From an uncultured Spirochaetaceae bacterium (GTDB lineage: Bacteria; Myxococcota_A; UBA9160; UBA4427), in assembly GCA_964594405.1 (NCBI GenBank), contig CAZQMY010000002.1, positions 1-54,500 on the forward strand: a stretch of DNA of 54,500 nt, read 5' to 3'. Made by a program: the position numbers and the translations under genes. Shown here piece by piece: positions 8,474 to 17,216 of the stretch; positions within the stretch are counted from its first letter, which is position 1, and the number at the start of each line of letters is the position of its first letter. The notes beneath the pieces are model-generated. The model ran no database searches. It was not told the origin of the DNA and saw nothing but the letters and a program-made list of their open reading frames with translations.

Positions 8474-8989
8474 CTAGACCTCGAAGGAAGGCACCCGCTC
8501 GCTACGGATGGGCAGTACGGTGTCCGTCATCCAGCAACCCTTCATCGAGCCTGTCTTCTGACGCGAGAGCTGGAAGAGATAGAGATGTCGCGAACCCTCC
8601 CACGCGGTGATGAGGACCGCCTGGAAGGCGAGCGAGCCCTCCACGAGGACGGGGCCGTACTCGGCGTGCGTGTGGCGAAGCATCGGGGCGTACTCGGGTG
8701 CGCGAACGAGCCTCGAGAAGCGCTCGAAAGGCCCCGTCGCCGCCTTGTTGGAAGGCGAGGCGAACTGGAAGACGCGGGCGATGCCCTCCTCGCTGCCGCC
8801 CGGCCCGGCGAGGGACTCGACCTGGATGCGCACGACCTGCTCGGGTGTGTAGGAAGGGTGAGGCGCCAGCCCCACAGGCCGGCTGCAGGCGGCCGCGAAG
8901 GCCAAGAGGCCGAGCATCAGGGCCGTCCGCCCCAGGAAGTGAGCTCGCCTTCCTCGGAGCAACTGCGTGAAGCGGGTTCGGGCATCCAT
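8474..8989 (-). CDS. DUF4864-like putative lipoprotein
   Basis: Strong SD AGGAGG and lipobox-like LLAFAAAC. PEQVVRIQVESL..GIARVFQFASPSNKAATGPFERFSRLV..YAPML..YLFQLSRQ..GCWMTD resembles DUF4864. Confidence 0.7.
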   Translation of the reverse strand: MDARTRFTQLLRGRRAHFLGRTALMLGLLAFAAACSRPVGLAPHPSYTPEQVVRIQVESLAGPGGSEEGIARVFQFASPSNKAATGPFERFSRLVRAPEYAPMLRHTHAEYGPVLVEGSLAFQAVLITAWEGSRHLYLFQLSRQKTGSMKGCWMTDTVLPIRSERVPSFEV

Positions 8990-9048
8990 GGCGCTCCTCC
9001 TGCCGTCGGTTGGTCAGGCGCGGCGCTCGCCCCGAGGCGGCCCTGCGC

Positions 9049-9110
9049 TTGACCAATATTTGTCTATTTAAAACATGGACAGAACTGTGACAAGGGATTA
9101 TTCTCCGAAC
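9049..9110. promoter_or_regulatory. divergent promoter region of the crt and idi-RND operons with putative operator boxes
   Basis: AT-rich island. Plus strand TGGACA(9076-9081)-N17-TATTCT(9099-9104)-N6-ATG. TGTCTA at 9061 (TGACCA 11 bp upstream). TGGACA/GTGACA repeat at 11-bp spacing (9076/9087). Confidence 0.7.
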
Positions 9111-10193
9111 ATGGCGATTGGGACGAGAAAAGATGAGCACCTCGAGATCTGCCGCCGCGGCGCCGTCGAGCATGGGGGATCGACCCTCCTCGAGGAGGTC
9201 ACCCTCATCCACGAGGCCCTTCCGGAACTTGCGTTGGAGCAGGTCGATCTGAGCGGTCAGCTCTTCGGGCGCGCAGTCGCCGCGCCCATCGTCATCGCTG
9301 GCATGACCGGCGGGACCGCCGAAGCGGGCCGCGTCAACCGCGCCCTCGCCGAGCTGGCGCAGAAGCGCGGCCTCGCCATGGGGCTCGGCTCCCAGCGCGC
9401 GATGCTCGTCGATCCGACCCAGGTCGAGAGCTACGCGGTTCGCGCGGTGGCGCCCGACATCCCGCTGCTGGCCAACATCGGCTTCGTGCAGGCGACCCGC
9501 ATGCATCCGGCCGAGCTCTGGCGCCTGGTCGACGCCGTCGGAGCCGATGCCCTCTGCGTCCACCTGAACGCCGCCCAGGAGCTGGTCCAGCACGACGGCG
9601 ATCGCGACTTCCGCGGGGCGCTCGCACGCCTCGAGGAGCTGGCCTGGACGCTGCCCTTCGAGGTCGTCGTGAAGGAAACGGGCTGCGGCATGGCCCCCGG
9701 AACCCTCGACCGTCTCGTCTGCGCCGGGCTGCGGTGGGTGGACGTCTCCGGCGCCGGTGGCACGAGCTGGACGCGCGTCGAAGCGCAGCGCGGTCCGCGA
9801 AGCCAGCGTGCGCTGGGAGAGGTGCTGGCCGACTGGGGCACGCCCACGGCGGCGTGTCTCGTCTACGCGCGGCGCCGGGGTCTGGCGACCATCGCCTCGG
9901 GCGGCGTTCGCGACGCGCTCGATGCCGCCCGCGCGCTGGCACTCGGTGCCGACGCCGTGGCGATGGCGCTGCCCTTCCTCCGCGGCCTCGAAGAAGGAGG
10001 CGCGTGGGGCCTGGACGTGAGGACCAGCGAGCTGGTCGAGGCGCTGCGCGCCGTGCTGCTCCTCACCGGATCGCGTGACATCGCCGCGCTTCGGGAGTCC
10101 CCCCGCCTGCTCGGCCCGACACTGCGAGACTGGATCGACGCAGATCCCTCAGAAGAAGAAGCCCGCCAACGCGGCGCCCAACGGAGACCCTGA
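9111..10193 (+). CDS. fni: type 2 (FMN-dependent) isopentenyl-diphosphate delta-isomerase
   Basis: RKDEHLEIC, MTGG, GSQR, ANIG, HLNAAQE, VKETGCG, VSGAGGTSW, SGG motifs. Confidence 0.95.
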   Translation: MAIGTRKDEHLEICRRGAVEHGGSTLLEEVTLIHEALPELALEQVDLSGQLFGRAVAAPIVIAGMTGGTAEAGRVNRALAELAQKRGLAMGLGSQRAMLVDPTQVESYAVRAVAPDIPLLANIGFVQATRMHPAELWRLVDAVGADALCVHLNAAQELVQHDGDRDFRGALARLEELAWTLPFEVVVKETGCGMAPGTLDRLVCAGLRWVDVSGAGGTSWTRVEAQRGPRSQRALGEVLADWGTPTAACLVYARRRGLATIASGGVRDALDAARALALGADAVAMALPFLRGLEEGGAWGLDVRTSELVEALRAVLLLTGSRDIAALRESPRLLGPTLRDWIDADPSEEEARQRGAQRRP

Positions 10194-11383
10194 TGTTCAT
10201 CCGAATCCTGGCCCCCCTGCTCGTCCTCGCTGCTGGCGCCGGAGCGACGGCGGCGCTGCTGACCCATGGCCCGACGCCACGCGCGGAGACCTCCGTCGCG
10301 ACGCCACCCGCCGTTCGGGTCGTACGTCCGACACTCGAGCGGATCACCCTCAGCGTGCGCTCTCAAGGCACCATCACGCCGCGGACCACCACCGATCTCG
10401 TCTCGGAGATCCAGGCCCGGGTCGTCGAGGTCTCGCCGGCGCTGGAGAACGGCAGCTTCTTTCGCGAGGGCGAGGTGCTCGCCCGGCTCGAGCCTCGCGA
10501 CTTCGAGCTCGCCGTGGCGCGCGCCGGGGCCGCCCTCGATCTGGCCACCGCCGAGCTCGAGTTCGCCCGCGCCACGCTGGCGCGCCGCACGGTGCTCTCG
10601 GGCAACGGCATCGCGAGCGCGGCGCTCCTGGACGAGGCCCAGCGCGCCGAGCGGATCGCCGAAGCTCGGATGCGAGAGGCCGCCACGCTGCTCGAGCGGG
10701 CCAGGCTCGACCTCACGCGGACGACGCTGCGGGCCCCCTATGCCGGGCGGGTCGAGCGCAAGAACGTCGACGTCGGCCAGTTCGTCACCATCGGGACACC
10801 GATCGCACGCATCTACGCCGTGGACTACGCCGAGGTCCGCCTTCCCGTGCGCGACCTCGATCTCGCCAAGCTCGACCTTCCGCTCGGCAGGGACATCGAG
10901 CCCCGTCAGCGGCCCTCGGTGGTGTTGCGCACCCCCTTCGCCGGCGACCGCCACGAGTGGCGAGGCGAGATCGTCCGAACCGACGCGAAGATCGATCCGC
11001 GCACACGCATGGTCCAGCTGATCGCCCGGGTGCCCGATCCCTACGCGGCCGCCGCGGACGATCGACGTCCCCCACTGGCACCCGGCCTCTTCGTCGAAGC
11101 CGAGATCCTCGGACGCCAGGTGGAGCGCGCCCTGGCGGTGCCGCGGGCGGCGCTCGACGGCCCCTCGAGCGTCTGGATCGTCGACGCGCAGGATCGACTG
11201 CAGCGTCGCCAGGTGGAGGTGCTCGACCAGGGCGCCGGGGTCGTCTGGCTGGCGAGCGGGGAGATCTCCGACGAGCGCATCACACTCTCGCGCCCGGAGG
11301 AGATCCGCGAGGGCCTGAACGTGCGACCGGTCGACGACGACGTGCTCGCCCGGCGCGCGATCGAAGAGGAGTCTGCGTCGTGA
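10193..11383 (+). CDS. RND efflux periplasmic adaptor (membrane fusion protein)
   Basis: N-terminal anchor, lipoyl halves (SEIQARVVEV..GEVLARL; LRAPYAGRV), coiled hairpin. Start overlaps the fni stop (TGATG). Confidence 0.92.
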   Translation: MFIRILAPLLVLAAGAGATAALLTHGPTPRAETSVATPPAVRVVRPTLERITLSVRSQGTITPRTTTDLVSEIQARVVEVSPALENGSFFREGEVLARLEPRDFELAVARAGAALDLATAELEFARATLARRTVLSGNGIASAALLDEAQRAERIAEARMREAATLLERARLDLTRTTLRAPYAGRVERKNVDVGQFVTIGTPIARIYAVDYAEVRLPVRDLDLAKLDLPLGRDIEPRQRPSVVLRTPFAGDRHEWRGEIVRTDAKIDPRTRMVQLIARVPDPYAAAADDRRPPLAPGLFVEAEILGRQVERALAVPRAALDGPSSVWIVDAQDRLQRRQVEVLDQGAGVVWLASGEISDERITLSRPEEIREGLNVRPVDDDVLARRAIEEESAS

Positions 11384-14300
11384 TCGAATGGTTCGCTCGC
11401 CACCGCGTCGCCGCCAATCTGCTGATGCTCGCAATCATGGCGGGCGGACTGCTCACGCTTCCGACCATCACGCGCGAGGTCTTTCCCGACATCACGCCCG
11501 ACCTGGTGACGGTCCGGGTCGCCTACCCCGGCGCCTCTCCTGCCGAGGTCGAGGATGCCATCGTCGCGCGCATCGAGGAGCGGATCGAAGGCGTCGTCGG
11601 GATCCGGCGAATCACGGCCTCGGCCGCCGAGGGGCAGGCGCTGGTGATCGCGGAGCTCTTCACCGACGCGGATCCCAGGCGCGTGATGGACGAGGTGGAC
11701 AGCCGGGTGGCCGCCATCCCCAGCTTCCCCGCGGAAGCCGAGCGCCCCCTCGTCGAACGCCCGCTGCTGCGCAAGCAGGTGATCAATGTCGCCGTGTCCG
11801 GCCAGGTCGAGCCGCGCACCCTCAAGAAGACCGCCGAGCGCGTCCGCGACGAGCTGGCGGCCATCGAGGGCGTCACGCAGGTCGACGTCGCCAACGTGCG
11901 CGCGGACGAGATCTCGATCGAGGTCTCGGAGGCGGCGCTCCGCCGCTACCAGATCACCTTCGACGAGGTGACCGAGGCCGTGCGTCGATTCTCCATCGAC
12001 CTGTCCGGGGGCACGCTCAAGACCGGCGCCGGCGAGATCCGACTTCGCACGCTGGGCCAGGCCCGGAGTGCGGCCGAGTTCGAGCAGGTGGTGCTGCGCT
12101 CTCGCACCGATGGGTCACGACTGCTGGTCGGCGACGTCGCGACGGTCCGGGACGGGCTCGAGGAGCTCGATCGCGAGACGCGCTTCGACGGGGTCCCGGC
12201 GGCTCTGATCCGCGTCTTCCGTGTCGGCGATCAGAGCGCGCTCGAGATCTCGGAGGCCGTGCAGCGCTATGTGGGCGAGGCCCGCGCCTGGCTGCCGGCC
12301 GGAGTGCAGCTCCAGACCTGGGACGACGATGCACGCGTGCTGCGCGGGCGCATCGACACGCTGGTGCGTAATGCGCGCAGCGGCCTGCTGCTGGTGGTGC
12401 TCGCCCTCGCCCTCTTCCTTCGCCCGCGGCTGGCCTTCTGGGTCGGTGCCGGGATTCCGGTGGCCTTCTTCGGCGCGCTCTGGGTGATGCCGGCGTCGGA
12501 TGTGTCGCTGAACGTGGTTTCCCTCTTCGCCTTCATCCTCGTGCTCGGAATCCTGGTCGACGACTCGATCATCGTCGGCGAGAACGTCCACGCCCGTCAG
12601 GAGGGGGGCGGTGAAGGCCGGCTGCAGGCCGCCATCGCCGCAACGAAGGAGGTCGCCGCGCCGGTGATCTTCGGAGTGCTGACCACGGTGGTGGCCTTCG
12701 CGCCCCTGCTCTTCGTGCCGGGCGCAGGGGGGCGGATCTGGCGACAGATTCCGGTGGTGGTGATCGCCGCCCTGCTCTTCTCCCTGATCAAGTGCTTCCT
12801 GGTCCTCCCATCGCACCTCGGCCACGAGGGCTGGCTTCGCTTCGAGCCGCGGGGGCGCTGGGCCAGGCGGATCCTGCAGCTGCCGGATCGCGTGGGCGCT
12901 GCGCTCGAAGGCTTCGTGCGCGCCGTCTATGCGCCCTTCCTCGAGCGCGCGCTCCGCGCGCGCTACGTCACGCTGGCGCTCGCCGCGGCCGCCGTCCTGA
13001 TCGCCATCGGCGCGCTGGGCGGCGGCTGGGTGCGCTCCACCTTCTTCCCGCCGGTCGAAGCCGATCGAGTCGTCGCAACCGTCGCGGTCCGGCCGGGCAC
13101 CCCGTTCAGCAGCACCCGCCTCGCGGTCGAGCGCTTGGAGCGCAGTGCCGAGCGTCTGAGTGAGGCCGCGGCCGGCGCTGAGGGCGCGCCCGTGGTCGAG
13201 CACGTGCTCGCCTCGGCGGGCGCGAACGCGGCCAGCAGCGGCATGGCCGCGTTGACCTCCTCCGGTGCCGCCTCCAACGTGGGATCGGTGACCGTCGCCC
13301 TGGTGCCACCCGAGCAGCGCGCGATGAGCGCCACGGAGTTCGCGCGTCGATGGAGGGAGGCCGTGGGCCCGATTCCCGACGCCGTCGAGCTGTCCTTCAG
13401 CTCTTCGATCCTGCAGGCGGGCGATCCGATCGACATCGAGCTGCGCGGAACCGACGTCGCCGCCTTGAAGGCGGTCTCTGCGGCGCTGCGCGAACGCCTC
13501 GCGGCCTACCCCGGTGTGCGCGACGTGCGCGACTCCTTCCGCGGCGGCAAGCAGGAGCTGGAGCTGAGGCTGCGAGAGGGCGCCGCGGGCCTCGGCCTCT
13601 CTGCGGCGGATCTCGGTCGCCAGGTCCGGCAGGCCTTCTACGGTCAGGAGGTCCAGCGTGTCGTCCGCGATGGCGAGGACGTCAAGGTCATGGTCCGCTA
13701 CCCCGCCGAGGAGCGTCGCTCCCTCGCCAATCTGGACAGTCTGCGCATCCGCACGGCCGACGGGTTCGAGGTTCCGCTCTCGACAGTGGCCGACGTCCGC
13801 AGCGTGCAGGGACCCAGCGAGATCCGCCGCGCCGGTGGGGCACGTGTGGTGAACGTGGTGGCCGGGATCGACATCACCGCCACCAGCGCGGCCGAAGTCC
13901 TGTCCGCCCTGCGCGCCGACGTCCTGCCCGATCTGCTCGCCGACCACCCGGGTGTCAGCTACGGACTCGAGGGCGAGCAGCGCTCTCAGCGCGAGAGCTT
14001 CGAGGGGCTGGGGCGCAACTTCGCCCTCGCCTCGTTTGCGATCTTCGCCCTGCTCGCCGTGCCGCTCCGCTCCTACCTGCAGCCGCTGATCGTCATGTCG
14101 ACCATCCCGCTGGGCGCCGTCGGGGCGCTGGCGGGCCACGCGCTGCTCGATCTTCCGGTGAGCTTCTCGTCGGTGATCGGCACCGTGGCGCTGGCGGGCG
14201 TCGTGGTCAACGACAGCCTCGTGCTCGTCGACTGGGCGAACCGCCGCCGTCGGGAGGATGGCTGCTCGCCCCTCGACGCGGTGCGCGAAGCCGGCCGATC

Positions 14301-14655
14301 GCGCTTCCGGCCGATCTTCCTCACCTCGCTGACCACCTGCCTGGGCCTCACGCCCCTGCTCCTCGAGCGCAGCGTCCAGGCCCAGTTCCTGATCCCGATG
14401 GCCGTCTCGATCGCCTTCGGCGTCGCCGCCGCCACCGTGATCTCCCTGCTCATCGTGCCGGCCGCGTACCTTGCGCTCGAGGACGCGCTCGAGCGCTTCG
14501 GCCGGGTGGCCGCCAATCCCCTGCGATCCGAAGCGGGAACCGCGCAGCGAGCGAACGGATCGGGCACGACGGCGTGGCCGACCACGCCGCTGCCCTTCGT
14601 GATGCGCGAGAGGCCGGGGGCCATCGCCGACCCGGCGGCGCCGGACGTCGGCTAG
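11380..14655 (+). CDS. RND efflux permease (AcrB/AcrD/AcrF family)
   Basis: GTG start overlapping the MFP stop. AANLLM, YPGASPAEVE, GILVDDSIIVGENV (proton-relay Asp pair), GVVVNDSLVLV, RFRPIFLTSLTT. Confidence 0.95.
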   Translation: MIEWFARHRVAANLLMLAIMAGGLLTLPTITREVFPDITPDLVTVRVAYPGASPAEVEDAIVARIEERIEGVVGIRRITASAAEGQALVIAELFTDADPRRVMDEVDSRVAAIPSFPAEAERPLVERPLLRKQVINVAVSGQVEPRTLKKTAERVRDELAAIEGVTQVDVANVRADEISIEVSEAALRRYQITFDEVTEAVRRFSIDLSGGTLKTGAGEIRLRTLGQARSAAEFEQVVLRSRTDGSRLLVGDVATVRDGLEELDRETRFDGVPAALIRVFRVGDQSALEISEAVQRYVGEARAWLPAGVQLQTWDDDARVLRGRIDTLVRNARSGLLLVVLALALFLRPRLAFWVGAGIPVAFFGALWVMPASDVSLNVVSLFAFILVLGILVDDSIIVGENVHARQEGGGEGRLQAAIAATKEVAAPVIFGVLTTVVAFAPLLFVPGAGGRIWRQIPVVVIAALLFSLIKCFLVLPSHLGHEGWLRFEPRGRWARRILQLPDRVGAALEGFVRAVYAPFLERALRARYVTLALAAAAVLIAIGALGGGWVRSTFFPPVEADRVVATVAVRPGTPFSSTRLAVERLERSAERLSEAAAGAEGAPVVEHVLASAGANAASSGMAALTSSGAASNVGSVTVALVPPEQRAMSATEFARRWREAVGPIPDAVELSFSSSILQAGDPIDIELRGTDVAALKAVSAALRERLAAYPGVRDVRDSFRGGKQELELRLREGAAGLGLSAADLGRQVRQAFYGQEVQRVVRDGEDVKVMVRYPAEERRSLANLDSLRIRTADGFEVPLSTVADVRSVQGPSEIRRAGGARVVNVVAGIDITATSAAEVLSALRADVLPDLLADHPGVSYGLEGEQRSQRESFEGLGRNFALASFAIFALLAVPLRSYLQPLIVMSTIPLGAVGALAGHALLDLPVSFSSVIGTVALAGVVVNDSLVLVDWANRRRREDGCSPLDAVREAGRSRFRPIFLTSLTTCLGLTPLLLERSVQAQFLIPMAVSIAFGVAAATVISLLIVPAAYLALEDALERFGRVAANPLRSEAGTAQRANGSGTTAWPTTPLPFVMRERPGAIADPAAPDVG

Positions 14656-14712
14656 AGCACCGCGCCCGGACCGCATGCGCGCGTCGGGAACGAACCGGCC
14701 TCCTGCCTCGCC

Positions 14713-15435
14713 CTACTCCGAAGCCGGCTTGGATCCCGCCTGCGAGCCGGCGACGTTCGCGTCGACGACCGGGCCCACGTAGTGGCCCGCGGCGTCGTAG
14801 GGCCAGAAGAGCCCACGTTCGCCGTAGTAGAGCGCACACTCGCGATGGCTCGGCAGGAAGGTCGCCTTTCCAAGACAGAAGGCAACGAAGCGGTGCTCGT
14901 CCTTGACATCGGGATTGCCCTTCGAGTGCCAGTCGTCCTGCGCGCCATGCTGGATCTTCGTGATCAGCTGCCCATTGAGCCTCTTGATCAGCGCCCGAGC
15001 CTCTTCGGGCCAGGCGCCCTTCTTGGCTCCGGGCTTGATTGCGCTGACGTAGATCTTCTCGAAGTCCGAGGCCCTGCTCCGCCACACACTCATCAGATCG
15101 TAGTCGGACACCATGACCGTGGCGCGCCGAATGTGGGTCTCACCATCGGGCTTCACGATGAAGGTGCGGGGCCGGACGACCGTTCCCGACTCACCGGTCT
15201 TGGCGGCGGTCGCCGCGGTCTTCGCCGGGAAGATGCCGTGCCACCCCATCGCAGCAGCACTGGGGCAGCGGATCACGATCAGCAGACTCTCCGAGCACGT
15301 GAACCGGCCCAGGGTGAGCACGTCACAGGGGTCGATGCCCGTGAGCTGGGCGAGCTGGATGTCGCCCGGGGTGGCTCCGCGACTTCGGGCGTCGCTGATG
15401 CGAGCGGCTTCGAGGTGTTCCTGAATCGTGGCCAT
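14713..15435 (-). CDS. putative minimal class II (edema factor/CyaA/ExoY-like) nucleotidyl cyclase domain protein
   Basis: GGAGG SD. Motifs TGI..IVIR56, K72-x6-K79, SD111YD113L, LN..IQH163G in the same order as in EF/CyaA. Confidence 0.65.
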   Translation of the reverse strand: MATIQEHLEAARISDARSRGATPGDIQLAQLTGIDPCDVLTLGRFTCSESLLIVIRCPSAAAMGWHGIFPAKTAATAAKTGESGTVVRPRTFIVKPDGETHIRRATVMVSDYDLMSVWRSRASDFEKIYVSAIKPGAKKGAWPEEARALIKRLNGQLITKIQHGAQDDWHSKGNPDVKDEHRFVAFCLGKATFLPSHRECALYYGERGLFWPYDAAGHYVGPVVDANVAGSQAGSKPASE

Positions 15436-15620
15436 CCTGAGCCCCCTCCGACTGATCTCGGATCGCCGATGGTAGCCGAGGTCGACAGGGGGTCCGGGCT
15501 GATTTGCGGAAGATCAGGACCACGATGATCGTGGATCGGGACTCACGATCCGTCGAAGCCGGCTCACACCCGCTGTACGACTGTGCTAACCAGCCGTGAT
15601 TCGGAGGCGAGAGAGGGAGC

Positions 15621-17165
15621 ATGGGCGTCGCGACACCTGGTCATCTCCGGCGGCCGAGTCGGGTGGGTCCGTCCTGGACCGTGACCTGGACCGTGACCTG
15701 GACCACGAAAGGGCAGGACCTGCCCGCCAGGCCTTCTGCAACGCGTTCCCGGATCGCATCCGGCGCACGCGTGGTCGGGCTCGCGATCATCGCTGCGCTG
15801 CTGGCCTGCGGCAGCGGCCCGAAGCTGGTCGAGCTTGCCGAGGCGCCTTCCGCGCTGGTCGTGAGCGATACGGCGATCCTCGACGTGGTCTCGGGTCGGC
15901 GAATCCAGGGACAGGACGTGGCGGTCGTGGACGGCGAGATCGTCGGCATCGCACCGCACGGGAGCGACGAGGCCCGGGCGGCGATCGGTAGCCATGGGGC
16001 AGTCGAATTCAAGGAGATCGATGGCGCCGGTGCGACGCTGCTGCCCGGCCTGATCGACATGCACGCCCACCCGGGGACCAGCGCGGTGCCCCACCTCGAC
16101 CGCTTCGGCCCGGACCCCGCCTACAACCTGCGCGCCTATCTCTACTGCGGCGTGACGACGGTCGCCGATCTCGGCGGGCTGCCCTCGCGCAGTCTGAAGC
16201 GGAGATCGCAGACTGCATCGGGCGAGCTGCCCGGCCCCACGCTCTACGTCGCCGGGCCCGCGGTGACCGCACCCGGCGGACACCCCGTCCCGGTGTTCGA
16301 CCTCGTCCTGCCCGGATGGATCCGGTGGTATGTGTTGCCCCGCTATGTCCGCGAGGTCGGGACGGAGGAGGAGGCGGTCGAAGCCGTCGACGGCATCATC
16401 GACGCGGGATCCGACTTCGTGAAGGTGATCGTCGACCGCATCCCCAACGACGCACCGCGGCTCGACGAGCGCGTCCTCGACGCCGCGGTGGCAAGGGCCC
16501 GTGCGCGTGGGCTCCGCTCGATCGCGCACATCGGTACGACGCAGGACGCCCTGGATGCCGCGCAAGCCGGCGTCGCCGCGTGGGGACACATCATCTACCG
16601 CGAGCGCCTGACCGACGCACAGATCGACGCGCTGGCCGCCTTCGACATCCCGATCATCCCCACCATCGTGCTCTTCCACTCCATGGCCATGCGGGGCGAG
16701 GAGTCTCCGCCCACGAAGCTCGAGCGGGAGATCGCCACGACACGCATGCTCGAGCCGCCGCCCGCGCCCGACGACCCCTTCTTCGTCGAGTCGACGAGAT
16801 TCATGCGCTCACATCGCGAAGACTGGTACGAGAACGCCCGACGCCTGCACGCAGCCGGTGTCGTGATCCTCGCCGGCAGCGACATGCAGGCCGGCGTCTT
16901 TCCGGGGGCGGGGCTGCATCGTGAGCTGCGTCACCTCGAGAGCGCGGGGCTCAGCCCGATCGAGGTGATCCGCGCAGCGACGCTCCATTCCGCCCGCTTC
17001 CTCGAAGCGAGCGACGACCCCGCCTTCGGCCTGATCGCCGTGGGCAAGCGGGCCGACCTCTTGCTGGTGGACGGCGATCCGCTCGCCGATCTCGGCGCGC
17101 TCGAACGAATCCGAGCGGTGGTCGTCCGGGGCCACGAAGTGGCCCGGACGCCGAGCAACCGCTAG
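15621..17165 (+). CDS. metal-dependent amidohydrolase family protein (probable lipoprotein; true start probably nearer 15771)
   Basis: PGLIDMHAH, GVTTVADLG, VKVI, IAH, ILAGSD, GLIAVGKRADLLLVDGDP. Lipobox LLAC. Confidence 0.88.
   Translation: MGVATPGHLRRPSRVGPSWTVTWTVTWTTKGQDLPARPSATRSRIASGARVVGLAIIAALLACGSGPKLVELAEAPSALVVSDTAILDVVSGRRIQGQDVAVVDGEIVGIAPHGSDEARAAIGSHGAVEFKEIDGAGATLLPGLIDMHAHPGTSAVPHLDRFGPDPAYNLRAYLYCGVTTVADLGGLPSRSLKRRSQTASGELPGPTLYVAGPAVTAPGGHPVPVFDLVLPGWIRWYVLPRYVREVGTEEEAVEAVDGIIDAGSDFVKVIVDRIPNDAPRLDERVLDAAVARARARGLRSIAHIGTTQDALDAAQAGVAAWGHIIYRERLTDAQIDALAAFDIPIIPTIVLFHSMAMRGEESPPTKLEREIATTRMLEPPPAPDDPFFVESTRFMRSHREDWYENARRLHAAGVVILAGSDMQAGVFPGAGLHRELRHLESAGLSPIEVIRAATLHSARFLEASDDPAFGLIAVGKRADLLLVDGDPLADLGALERIRAVVVRGHEVARTPSNR
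15673..15704. repeat. 12-bp tandem repeat (CCTGGACCGTGA x ~2.7)
   Basis: Direct reading of the sequence. Confidence 0.85.
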
Positions 17166-17216
17166 CCGGCCGCCCGAGGTCGAGCTGGCGCGCTGCTACG
17201 CAGACCTCGGCGCACC

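Noticed and set aside
10075-14655. 1526-aa ORF as an extended RND protein
   Set aside because: The N-terminal ~435 aa is an off-frame shadow of the MFP gene. The RND starts at GTG 11380.
12115-14676. Long antisense ORFs (this one and e.g. 26489-28561, 30251-32455, 36724-38754, 38797-40833)
   Set aside because: Expected stop-poor mirror frames of high-GC genes, with no motifs.
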